Assembly: GCA_963828525.1 (NCBI GenBank)
Contig: CAWHEP010000007.1
Span: forward strand, 32,001 to 96,000
Origin: an uncultured Verrucomicrobiae bacterium
GTDB lineage: Bacteria; Verrucomicrobiota; Verrucomicrobiia; Chthoniobacterales; Chthoniobacteraceae
Reading direction: 5' to 3'
Length of the DNA: 64,000 nucleotides
In this document: positions 41,495 through 51,300 of the stretch, piece after piece
Numbering within the stretch: position 1 is the first letter of the stretch
Layout: each line of letters starts with the position of its first letter
The notes under the pieces: generated by a model
Told to the model about the DNA's origin: nothing
Database searches by the model: none
What the model saw: only the letters and a program-made list of their open reading frames with translations
Translations under genes and position numbers: made by a program

Positions 41495-43861
41495 ATGAAC
41501 ATGAAACCAAATGGAAAATCCTGGATAAAGCTGGTCTTCATCACTTTCTTCATTTTTGGATTGGTCGCGGCGCGGGCTGACCTGACGTGGAGTGTCAACG
41601 GCGCGGGCGGAAGCGGAACTTGGGATGCGACAACCGCAGACTGGTGGAACGGTTCGCAAAACGTCCCGTGGCAACAATCCGGCAACGCTCTTTTTTCCGG
41701 GAGCGGCGGCACCGTGACGGCAAGTTTTCTTACCGTCGCAGCGTCAGGGATGACTTTCAACTCCCCCGGTTACACGTTGAGTGGCGGGTGGATCGATTCG
41801 GGATCAAACGGCCTCACGGTTACGACAAACGCCGACGCGACCATTAGCACAACCTTGGGGAGCAACGGATCAGGCGGGAATCTCCTCATCAAGAGCGGCA
41901 CCGGAACACTGAGCATGGCTGGCACGAATTTTCTCAACGCCGTGGAGGTTAACCAGGGCGAATACCGCGTGACAGGCAACGGATCGCTTTTTTTCTCGAC
42001 CGTCACCCTTGCTCCTTCAACGTATTTAACGCTCGCGCAGACATTCTCTTCGACAGCCATCGGTTCACTAAACGGAAGTGGCATAGTGCAATCGGACACG
42101 TCAGCCCGAACCGTAACCCTTAGTTTGTTCAATGCCGGAAACTTCAGCGGAACTTTGCAGGACAATGGCGCGGGGCGGTTGGCAGTTACCATCTCTACTT
42201 ACGGCGCGCAGACGCTCACCGGCGTCAATAGTTATTCGGGAGCGACGGATTTGAGCCTCGGCGCGCTTGTATTTTCAGGCAACGGTTCGGCGATCAACTC
42301 GACATTCTTGATTGCCAACAATGCGGCGCTCGTGCTTGACAACTCTAATGGCGCGAACGCCAACCGCATTTCCGCTTCCGCGCCGGTAACGATGCAAGGC
42401 GGGACATTCAGCATGATCGGCAATGCATCGAGCTTCGTGAACGAGATCGTCGGCGCGCTTAACTTCGCGGGATCAGCGCTGGTAAACGTCCAGCGTTCGG
42501 GCGCGACCGGCGCTGCTCTCACCGTTTCCGGTATAACACGCGCCGGCCACGCAACTCTCAATTTCACAGGAAATGGCCAATTGCTTGGGACCGGTCTTGC
42601 AAACGATAGCACGGGAATCGCTCCGGTTTACGCGCGGGCCGGAAATGACTGGGCGTCGATCGATGCGAACCATTCGGTCACTTCCTTCGCCGCGTACGCT
42701 CCCGATCCGAATACCGCGACCGCTACAAGCAACGTCAAACTCACCAGCCCATTCACCATCTCAGGCACAGCTGCATGGGCATCGGTGAATCTGCAAAACA
42801 ACAGCGGAGCCGTGATGACGATGCTCAACAACGGGGCATTAAACCTCGCCTCCGGGGGCATCGTGTCCACCGGGAGCGCGGGCGCAATTATCAACTCCAA
42901 TCTCACAACGCCCGCTTCCGAAATGGTCGTTGTTAATGACAACGCGCTTGCAATTTCAGGCCAAATTCAGGAGTCCTCGCCAGAGATGGCATTGACCAAA
43001 ACCGGCGCCGGCGCGCTAACGCTGACATCCCCCAGCAATAGCTATTCAGGCACGACCACGATCAACCAGGGCACTCTGATTATAGGTAACGATCTCGCGT
43101 TAGGTTCTAGCCCGACAATTGATTTTGGCGGTGGAACTTTGAAAGCATCCGGCAATTTTACACTCACTCAGAATCTTACATCTTCGACCAGCTACGGAGA
43201 AACGATAGACACCGGCGGTTTCACCGTCACGGCAACCGGGTCGAACAGCTCGCTGTCTAAAATCGGCGCGGGAACTTTGGTGCTTACGAACAGCTCCGTC
43301 GGCTCCGTAAATGTCAATCAGGGCATCCTGCAACTCACGAAACCGACCTCCGGCTTTGCCACGATCATGGGCGGAGATCTCGTCGCGTCAGGCACCCTTT
43401 CGAGCCTTTCATTCTCTGGCACGACCGGGATTCTCGACATTGGTGGCGCAGCGGCAGCTACGCTGAGCGCAAGTTACAATCATAGCAGCGGAAATCTCAC
43501 GATCGACTTTGGCATCGGCAGCGCGGGCAGCGATTTATGGAAGCTCTCAAGCGGCGGCGCGAGTTTCGGGCCAGGCGCCTTTCAATTTGAATTTCAAAAC
43601 CTCGGTGGCGCGGCGACAGGAACGAATTACACGTTGCTGAGTTTCCCAACCAGTGTGGCGCCAGCCCCGGCTGCCTTCGGATTCGCGCCCGACATGGCAG
43701 CAGCAGGATGGAGCGGAACATTTGTGACCAGTGGCACGAATGTCAGCGTCGATTTTTCGTCCATTGGTGTTCCTGAACCAAGTGTCTCGACCTTGCTCGT
43801 CATTGGAATAACCGCTTTGCTCGCGCGCATTCGCCGCAAGCCTGTGGCAGTTGATCCGTGA
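41495..43861 (+). CDS. PEP-CTERM protein with autotransporter-associated beta-strand repeats
   Basis: Signal peptide; LTKTGAGALTL...NSYSGTTTINQGTL repeats; C-terminal VPEPS-TM-RIRRK. Confidence 0.9.
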   Translation: MNMKPNGKSWIKLVFITFFIFGLVAARADLTWSVNGAGGSGTWDATTADWWNGSQNVPWQQSGNALFSGSGGTVTASFLTVAASGMTFNSPGYTLSGGWIDSGSNGLTVTTNADATISTTLGSNGSGGNLLIKSGTGTLSMAGTNFLNAVEVNQGEYRVTGNGSLFFSTVTLAPSTYLTLAQTFSSTAIGSLNGSGIVQSDTSARTVTLSLFNAGNFSGTLQDNGAGRLAVTISTYGAQTLTGVNSYSGATDLSLGALVFSGNGSAINSTFLIANNAALVLDNSNGANANRISASAPVTMQGGTFSMIGNASSFVNEIVGALNFAGSALVNVQRSGATGAALTVSGITRAGHATLNFTGNGQLLGTGLANDSTGIAPVYARAGNDWASIDANHSVTSFAAYAPDPNTATATSNVKLTSPFTISGTAAWASVNLQNNSGAVMTMLNNGALNLASGGIVSTGSAGAIINSNLTTPASEMVVVNDNALAISGQIQESSPEMALTKTGAGALTLTSPSNSYSGTTTINQGTLIIGNDLALGSSPTIDFGGGTLKASGNFTLTQNLTSSTSYGETIDTGGFTVTATGSNSSLSKIGAGTLVLTNSSVGSVNVNQGILQLTKPTSGFATIMGGDLVASGTLSSLSFSGTTGILDIGGAAAATLSASYNHSSGNLTIDFGIGSAGSDLWKLSSGGASFGPGAFQFEFQNLGGAATGTNYTLLSFPTSVAPAPAAFGFAPDMAAAGWSGTFVTSGTNVSVDFSSIGVPEPSVSTLLVIGITALLARIRRKPVAVDP

Positions 43862-43905
43862 TGCAGCGCGCGATGGCTGCCCTGGCGCGAGCAAAAAGCT
43901 GCTCG

Positions 43906-43946
43906 GCATGGCATAGCTCAGTTGATAGAGCAGGTGAATCGTACTC
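43906..43946 (+). pseudogene. Decayed tRNA 5' half (Thr, CGT-like)
   Basis: TAGCTCAGTTGATAGAGCAGGTGAATCGTACTC: D-arm GCTC/GAGC and CGT at the anticodon position; no T-arm follows. Confidence 0.6.
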
Positions 43947-44079
43947 GGAAACGGGCGGTTGTCATGGTTTCTCACTGCTTGTCATCTCATTTCGGAGCGC
44001 AAACTTTTTCGCTCAATCCCCTGAAACTGCGCTCTGCTTCGCGCGGCGATTGCGGCCGGTCAAAGGAACGGTCGCCAAT

Positions 44080-44609
44080 TTAGCCCTTAATCGAGGGGCG
44101 GTCGTAAAGCTCCACGCAACGGCCCCATTCCAGCCTCTCGACACAGACCTTATCCAGCCGCATTGACAGCGCGCGAATACGCTCCATCCGCGCCTCACGC
44201 GAACTGTGCGACGCTCCTCCGCCTAGCGCCGAAGTCCCAAAGCTCCTCATATCAGCCCGCCGAAGCATGTCTTGTTGCGGTAAAACCAGCGCGCCGCCCG
44301 CTGGATGTCCGTAAGCCCGACCTGCTCCCGAAAACCGATAAACTCCTCCCGCGAGTTCAACACAAACTCCAGCTCCGTAAGCAGGGCGTCGCAGTGATAG
44401 CGCACGCAGCGATAGAACGAAACGAGGTCGCCGTTGACGTCATTGACCACCTCCAGATTCGAGCGCGGCTTCGCCAGTAACACGGCCAGTCCGCCCGCGA
44501 ACGGTTCCACATAGCAATGGTGCTTCGAAATCAAAGGGAGAATGCTGCCGAGAAGCCTGCTTTTCCCTCCGGGCCAGCTCAATACAGGCGCTATCCGTTT
44601 AGCGGGCAT
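44080..44609 (-). pseudogene. Truncated phage-type DNA adenine methyltransferase (Dam/D12 class)
   Basis: WPGGKSRL, YVEPFAGG, EVVND, RAARWFY; stops at YDRPS just before the expected DPPY motif. Confidence 0.85.
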
Positions 44610-44627
44610 CCACGCAAAATCCGCAGT

Positions 44628-44888
44628 TCACTTCGCCACCCACCCTGTGTTTCCCGCGCCGCTTTCCTTCACATACAGCGTGCTCCCGGCCCCGCCATCC
44701 GTGCGCAGGTAGAGCCTGCCCACAGCCGCCGTCACGACCCCGTTTGGCGCGCCCGCCCCCGTCAGCGGCAAGCTCGCGTTCACGATCCCCGAGTTCGCGT
44801 CGAGCAGCGGCCCAGGGTTCGTGGTTCCTTCGACTTGGTTCAGCCCCGTGGGGCTTAGCGCCCTTCGAAAAGGGGTCGAGATTTGCAT
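44628..44888 (-). CDS. Phage structural/tail-associated protein remnant
   Basis: C-terminal GAPNGVVTAAVGRLYLRTDGGAGSTLYVKESGAGNTGWVAK, a motif typical of phage tail-associated proteins. Confidence 0.65.
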   Translation of the reverse strand: MQISTPFRRALSPTGLNQVEGTTNPGPLLDANSGIVNASLPLTGAGAPNGVVTAAVGRLYLRTDGGAGSTLYVKESGAGNTGWVAK

Positions 44889-44928
44889 ATTGATATCCTA
44901 TGAGAGGGAGAACGGGGCCGACTGGACT
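44866..44928 (+). repeat. Diverged direct repeat (partner 45749-45807) flanking the DUF433/DUF5615 pair
   Basis: Shared GGTCGA..TTTGCATATTGATAT....TGAGA.GGAGAA...ACTGGACT. Confidence 0.8.
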
Positions 44929-44986
44929 GAAACCAGACGTAAAGCTTCGGGCACTCGCGGGAGTGGGCGCTCTTTTCTTTTGAGAT

Positions 44987-45343
44987 TCACCGCAAGGGCA
45001 GATGCTCGATGCGTCCCGCCACATCGCCGGGTTCATATACTTTCGCGATGGGTTCCAAGTCCTGAACGCATTGGCCGATAGTTGTCCTCATCTGGTGGCA
45101 TAGATCATAGATCACGCCAGGAAACGGAATCGAATTCGCCTGCCGCTTCGCGCATTCGGCCAGAAAATCGTCGTCCTGGGTGAAAAGGACGCGATGCAGG
45201 GCCGACGCCCGGTCAAGCAAATCCGCGTCTTCCAACCGCTCTGTTCCATCCTCTTGGGCTCTCAGCACATCGACGCTCCGGCGTCGCAGGCCCTCGGTGA
45301 TTGCCAGGGGCACGTGGACATCCATGTAGAGCCGGAGGCTCAA
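44987..45343 (-). CDS. DUF5615 PIN-like toxin
   Basis: [21 protein letters not shown]. Confidence 0.88.
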   Translation of the reverse strand: MSLRLYMDVHVPLAITEGLRRRSVDVLRAQEDGTERLEDADLLDRASALHRVLFTQDDDFLAECAKRQANSIPFPGVIYDLCHQMRTTIGQCVQDLEPIAKVYEPGDVAGRIEHLPLR

Positions 45344-45654
45344 TGCAGAAGTCCCATCGCGCGCAACCTCCGCCGGCCAGGGGAATCGTGGCTCCCGGCG
45401 GCTAGTTCTTCCGCCTTGGCAGCGCTCTGCGCAATGGCGTCATCGAACTCGCGCTGATGGTCGTAATAAAAAGCCAGCGCCGCATGCGCCTGGGCAAGCG
45501 AAAGGCCCGTATGCTGACGATGGATCTCCTCCGCGCTCCAGCCGTGGGCCAAATGATCCATCGCCACCTCGATCACTTTTGTGCGAGTATCGTCGATCCA
45601 CGCCAAACCCGCCTCATCAAGACGTATATGATTGATGACTTCTGCCGTAAGCAT
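45340..45654 (-). CDS. DUF433 antitoxin
   Basis: GWSAEEI..QH..LSLAQAHAALAFYYDH..E; ATGA overlap with the toxin. Confidence 0.88.
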   Translation of the reverse strand: MLTAEVINHIRLDEAGLAWIDDTRTKVIEVAMDHLAHGWSAEEIHRQHTGLSLAQAHAALAFYYDHQREFDDAIAQSAAKAEELAAGSHDSPGRRRLRAMGLLH

Positions 45655-46483
45655 ACCCGCGAAAATAGGACCTTTCGGGCGCTGCCGCAAGCGGCATGCC
45701 TCTTCCAGTTGCCTTTCGCGCGTCGATCGGAGCCACTATTTGGAAGAGCGAAAGGTCGATGTTTGCATATTGATATTCTCTGAGACGGAGAAGAGGGGAA
45801 CTGGACTCGTCTCCGCGCGGAGGAGTCGGGATTTGCGGCTGGCGGCGGATAAGAGACGAAGTCGCCGAGGTGGAAGCCGCGGAAGGTGACGCGGGGATGG
45901 CAGAAGCGTGTTTGCGTGCTATCGATGGAATTCCACGCCTGTCGGCGTGGCCGCATCGAGCGGGCGCGCGCTGAACTGTCCGGTGATTTGCACACCGTAA
46001 GAACTACTGGCACTTTAAGCAGAATGGAGCGGAACCTGATTCTTCTCGAAATCCGCGGCACACGCGACGAACTAGCCCGCAAATTAAAAGGGTATCAAAT
46101 CTGGGCGGAGGCCATCCAACCAACAATTGATCGCTATTTTGGTCCCCGCTGATTTCGATCCTGTCCTCACGTCCCCCATGAGGTCGGGTCCAGCTTGGAT
46201 GCGCTACTGCGAAGTCAGCAGCATGAACGAACCGTTACAGTTTTACACTAGGTAAATATCATGCGTGAATACCGGTTCCTTGAGTTCGACCTGCTTGATC
46301 CCGCCCTTCCTTGGGGCGCTCTCTGAATTGCGCGACCGGACGGAATCGACCTGCCAAGTTGCGCTTGGTAACCGACTGTCCCCAAAGTTGCGCTTCGTCT
46401 CCTCCGCGACTCACCTCCAAACCCCTTCATACCAAAGCCGCGAACCATCCGCGCTCAGGTATATAAAGAATACCCGCGCCCGT

Positions 46484-46597
46484 CTACTTAGCGGCAGGAG
46501 CCGCCGCAGCCTCAGCTTTTGCGAGAGCAAGACGCTCTGTTTTGCGGCGGCGTTTGGCGTGAAGCTTCACGTTATCTTTTCCTTTGCAATGTCCCAT
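46484..46597 (-). CDS. 37-aa basic microprotein, copy 2 (MGHCKGKDNVKLHAKRRRKTERLALAKAEAAAAPAAK)
   Basis: 34/37 aa identical to copy 1 by manual alignment. Confidence 0.85.
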   Translation of the reverse strand: MGHCKGKDNVKLHAKRRRKTERLALAKAEAAAAPAAK

Positions 46598-46742
46598 GGC
46601 GCTACCAGACACGTTTTGACCCGGCGGCACAACCTCTTCCTTCCGTCCTCTGCCAATCAACGTTCATAGCCCCCCCTATCCGCCATGACATAGAATCTCG
46701 ACTTTGCGCCAGATGTTGATAATCCGGCAACAGGAAAGAACG

Positions 46743-47705
46743 ATGCGAAATCAGAACCCATCTGCTAACCCGCCCGCTACCCTCCTGCAGCAGGCGCTAA
46801 AGTTTACCCCCGCGATTAAATATGCCGTCGCTGTCGCGGCCATTGCGGGTTTGATCGCCACCGCGCTTCGCTACGGCCTTTCGGCGGCAACGCTCGTCCT
46901 CGGTGTCATCGTCGTTGTCGGCTTGATGGTTCTCTTTTTTGCCTTCTCGCAACTCGAACAAGCCGACAAGCGCGCAAAGAGCGTCGCGGGCATGGTGGTT
47001 CTCTGGTCTTTCCTGCTGCTTTGCATAGGGAGCGCCGCGCTTCTCTTCTCGTCCGCGTTCTTTAATTGGCCGCTGCCTTTGCGCGCCGCCGTGCTTGGGA
47101 GCCGCGCCGAGGACGCGTCCGCGTCAAAAAGCCATGGCGTCGAACCGGGTATCATCGGCACATGGGAGTGCTCCACCGAAGAGTTCGGCGCGCCCGTGCG
47201 TATTGTCTTCGTGATCACACCCGACGGAACATTCGACAAGCATCTATCCAGCAACGAGCGCGGAACTTTTGTTGCGAGCGGTGGAAAGTGGAAACAGGTC
47301 AACAAAATGGGGGTGGTTAAAGAAGGGGATTACACTTTCGTCGACCCCGACACTGTGACACTCCAGAACCCGCAGTATGCATACACCTTCAAACGACGCG
47401 GGGACGGAGCCTCGGACGCCAGCGCCAACCCGTTCGTGGGGAAATGGGATGCCACCACATATGCTAATGTCACTCCCTTCGTTCTCCACACTCAGATCTT
47501 TACTGATAACACCTACGAGGGTAGCCTTGAAGCCAGGGAGGTCGGAACGATCTCCGCAGCGGATGGAAAGTGGAGTGGGCTTTCAAGCCGAGGGGTGCCC
47601 CTAGCCGGAACCTATCGCTGCGCGGGCGAATCGTTGGACATTAATATCGTGCCGTTCGGTCTTCTCACAATGCGCCGGGTTACTGAGACAGGCAGCGGGA
47701 GGTGA
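46743..47705 (+). CDS. Membrane protein with three N-terminal TM segments and two similar beta-rich domains
   Basis: Hydrophobic N-terminus; internal repeat IIGTW...ERGTFVASGGKW / FVGKW...EVGTISAADGKW. Confidence 0.7.
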   Translation: MRNQNPSANPPATLLQQALKFTPAIKYAVAVAAIAGLIATALRYGLSAATLVLGVIVVVGLMVLFFAFSQLEQADKRAKSVAGMVVLWSFLLLCIGSAALLFSSAFFNWPLPLRAAVLGSRAEDASASKSHGVEPGIIGTWECSTEEFGAPVRIVFVITPDGTFDKHLSSNERGTFVASGGKWKQVNKMGVVKEGDYTFVDPDTVTLQNPQYAYTFKRRGDGASDASANPFVGKWDATTYANVTPFVLHTQIFTDNTYEGSLEAREVGTISAADGKWSGLSSRGVPLAGTYRCAGESLDINIVPFGLLTMRRVTETGSGR

Positions 47706-47761
47706 ATCGTTGGCGTAGTTCCCGGTCTTTCAAATCGCTTTTCCTCCGGTTCCTCTCTCCG

Positions 47762-48060
47762 TCATCTCAAATCGCCAGCGGCAAAGGGGCGTGATCGTGG
47801 CATGGGCGTGCCCGCCTTGGCTAGTTGCGCATAGACGCCTTTACCAGGAGTCGCCATCGATCCGCTCCGCTTCCGCCCGGACGGCGCGCTCAAAGTCCTC
47901 GCCCTCCTCGCCAGGCATTGCAACCCGCCGTGGCCTGCAAGGCGGCGCGGCGGCGTTCCTGGCTCCTGGGATTGAGGCCGTGCGCGTAGTGGGCCACTTC
48001 CACCAACTGGGTAGTGGGCAGCTCGTGCAGGTCGCGGACGATGGATTCGATCACGCTCAT
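47762..48060 (-). pseudogene. Decayed VapBC-like pair: small antitoxin-like gene plus internally deleted PIN toxin
   Basis: MSVIESIVRDLHELP...AERIDGDSW* (one frameshift, 47841-48060) overlaps MATPGK..YAQLAKAGTP(M)P, which resembles the PIN L.K.GTPIP motif. Confidence 0.55.
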
Positions 48061-48374
48061 TCCGTTTCAGCGTAGCTTTCCTAAGGGCTGGAAGCAAGCC
48101 GCTCGGAGGGTTTGCAGCGGCGATGCGCTTCCTGCAACCGACGAATGTTGACCATGGTATACGCGATGCCGGTCGGTCACTTTCAAGCCGCATCCACGTG
48201 GTGGTGAACGGTTCGGATAGGCTCGGTCGCCTCTAATCAGCCCCCGCGCGCTTTTTGCGTGCGCGCCCCGCGCAGTCCTGCTATTAAACAAAGCCCCTGC
48301 TCCGAATCAGAGCCTTACTGCCACCCTCATTAGGAGGAGCCGCATCCCCCTCGACACCTAAAATAAAACCAGCC

Positions 48375-51300
48375 ATGCCTCGCGTCAAACCCCTCCATCT
48401 TCTCCCGCTCGTCCTCCTCGCCGCTGTCCTCCCGCTGCGCGCCATGAACGCCCCCCAAAAGCAGCCCGCTAAACCGGTCGACTTCGCAAAGGACAAAAAC
48501 CTCTATCTCGTAGGCTACGCCCACCTCGATACCCAGTGGCGCTGGACATACCCCGAATCCATCCAGACCTATATCCTAAACACGATGGAGCAGAACTTCC
48601 CGCTCTTCGACAAATACCCCGCCTACATCTTCAACTTCACCGGCTCCCGTCGCTACGAGTTCATGAAGGAATATTACCCGGCGGACTACGAGAAGGTTAA
48701 AAAATACATCGCTTCTGGTCGCTGGGTGACCGCTGGCTCTTCCGTCGATGAATGCGATGTCAACACACCCTCCCTCGAATCCCTCACCCGCCATTTCCTT
48801 TATGGAAACCGCTTCTTCGAGCGCGAGTTCGGCACCCATGGCGAGGATTTCCTCCTGCCCGATTGCTTCGGCTTCCCCGCCTGCATTCCCACCATCCTGG
48901 CGCACGGCGGTATCAAGGGCTTCTCTACCCAAAAACTCACATGGGGTTCCGCCGTCGGCATCCCTTTTAACGTCGGCGTCTGGTACGGCCCCGACGGCTC
49001 CTCCGTTACCGCCGCCTTGAATCCCGGCGGCTACGGGTCTGCCGTCACCAACGATATCAGCCAGGACAAGATGTGGCTCAAGCGCATCACCGCCGACGGC
49101 GATAAATCCGGCGTTTACGCTGACTACAAGTATTTCGGCACCGGCGATCGCGGCGGCGCGCCCAAGGAGCCCTCCGTCGAATGGGTGCAACGCAGCGTGG
49201 ATGGCTCCGGCCCTGTGCGAGTCATTCCCGCGAGCGCCGACCAGATTTTCAAGGACATCACCCCTGAATTGCGGGCCAAGCTTCCTACTTACACGGGCGA
49301 ACTCGAATTGGTCAACCACTCCGCGGGCTCCATCAGTTCGGAGGCTTACATGAAGCGCTGGAACCGCAAGAACGAGCAGCTCGCCAACGCCGCCGAATGC
49401 GCCTCCACCATAGCCACCTGGCTCGGCGCTTTCCCTTATCCGCGAGATGCCCTGTACCGCGCGTGGGATCTCGTGCTCGGCAATCAGATGCACGATATCC
49501 TTCCAGGCACGAGCGTCCCGAAGGCCTACGAATATTCGTGGAACGACGAAGTCCTCGCGCTCAACCAGTTTGCGAACGTCACCGAACGCGCCACCGGAGC
49601 CGTCGTCTCCGCGCTGGACACCCGCGGGCAGGGCACCCCCGTTGCCGTCTACAATCCTCTCGCAACCGAGCGCGAAGATCTCGTCGAAGCCGACATCGAT
49701 CCCCGGGTCGGGCGCCGTCACCGCGTATGACTCTCAGGGCCAGCCTGCTCCTACCCAGATCCTCTCGCAGGAAGGCGGCAACATCCGCGTCCTCTTCCTC
49801 GCCAGGGTTCCCTCGATCGGCTACGCCATCTACGATCTCCGTTCCGGCGAGCCCGGCCCAAATCCACCCTCGCCGTCACCGCCAACTCGCTCGAGAACGC
49901 CCGCTACCGTGTAACTCTCAATGCGGCTGGCGACATTGCCTCGGTTTTCGATAAATCCCTCAACCACGAGCTCCTTTCCGCTCCCGCCCGCCTCTCCATT
50001 AATTTCGAGAATCCCGCCCGTTATCCAGCTTGGAACATGGACTTCGAGGATCGCGTGAAACCGCCCCGCTCCTTCGTCAGCGGCCCCGCCAAAATTCGCA
50101 TCATTGAAAACGGCCCGGCCCGCGTCGCGCTCGAAGTTGAGCGTGTCACCGAAAACTCGACCTTCACCCAGCAGATTCGTCTCGCTTCCGGCAGCGCTGG
50201 CGACCGCGTCGAAATCTTCAACAAGATAGACTGGCGCGCCTTCCAGGCCAGCCTTCGCGCCGGTTTTTCCCTGCTCGCCGAAAATCCCGAAGCCTCCTTC
50301 GACGACAAGGTCGGCGTCGTCCGCCGCGGCAATAACAATCCAAAGTGCTTCGAGATGAACCAGCAGCAGTGGATGGACCTCACCGATAAGGCCGGCGGCT
50401 ACGGCGTCTCCATTCTCAACGACTCAAAGTTTGCCTGCGATAAGCCCGACGACCACACCATCCGTCTCACCATGATCTACACTCCCGGTACCCGCGGCGG
50501 CACTCCCGACCAGGGCACGCAGGACCAGGGCCGCCACGAGATCCTCTACGCCATCGTAGGGCACGCGGGCGATTGGGCAAAAGGCCGGGCTCCGTGGCAG
50601 GCCGCGCGCCTCAACCAACCCTTGCGCGCCTTCCTTCCAACCGCGCATCCCGGCGCCCTCGGTAAAGCCTTTTCCCTCCTCTCGCTGAACAGCGATCAGG
50701 TTCAGGTCATGGCTGTAAAGAACGCCGAGGATTCAGACGAGACGGTGATCCGCGTTAAGGAACTCACCGGCAAGCCAGCCTCCGGACTCGTCCTCCGGTT
50801 CCCCGCCGCTATCACGGCCGCCCGCGAGATCGACGCCCAGGAACGCCCCATCGGCGACGCCTCCGTCAAGAACGGCGCGCTCGCGTTCGACATGAAAGGC
50901 TTCGGCCTCAAAGCCTTTGCCCTCAAGCTCGCGCCCCCGCCCGCCTCCGTGCCCGCGGTCACCAGCGCGCCCGTCTCCATCGCTTATGATACTGCCGTCG
51001 CGAGTTCCAGGGCCAAACGCGCCGCTGGATCCATGGACGCAAGCGGCGGCGCGTATCCTGCCGAGATGTTTCCGTCTAAACTGACAAGCCAGGGCGTTGA
51101 GTTTCAGCTTGGCTCGGCAGCCGATGGCGCGAAGAATGCCCTCTCAGCCCACGGCCAGAGTCTACCTTTGCCAGCAGGCGATTTCACCCGGGTTCATCTG
51201 CTCGTCGCCGCCGATGGCGACGCGAAGGGCCAGATCAGGATTGGCGACTCAAGCAAGCCCCTCGATGTCCCAAACTGGACAGGCTATGTAGGCCAGTGGG

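Noticed and set aside
44080..44609. Methylase plus YhcG as a restriction-modification system
   Set aside because: The methylase lacks its catalytic DPPY half, sits among phage debris and is separated from YhcG by an unrelated gene
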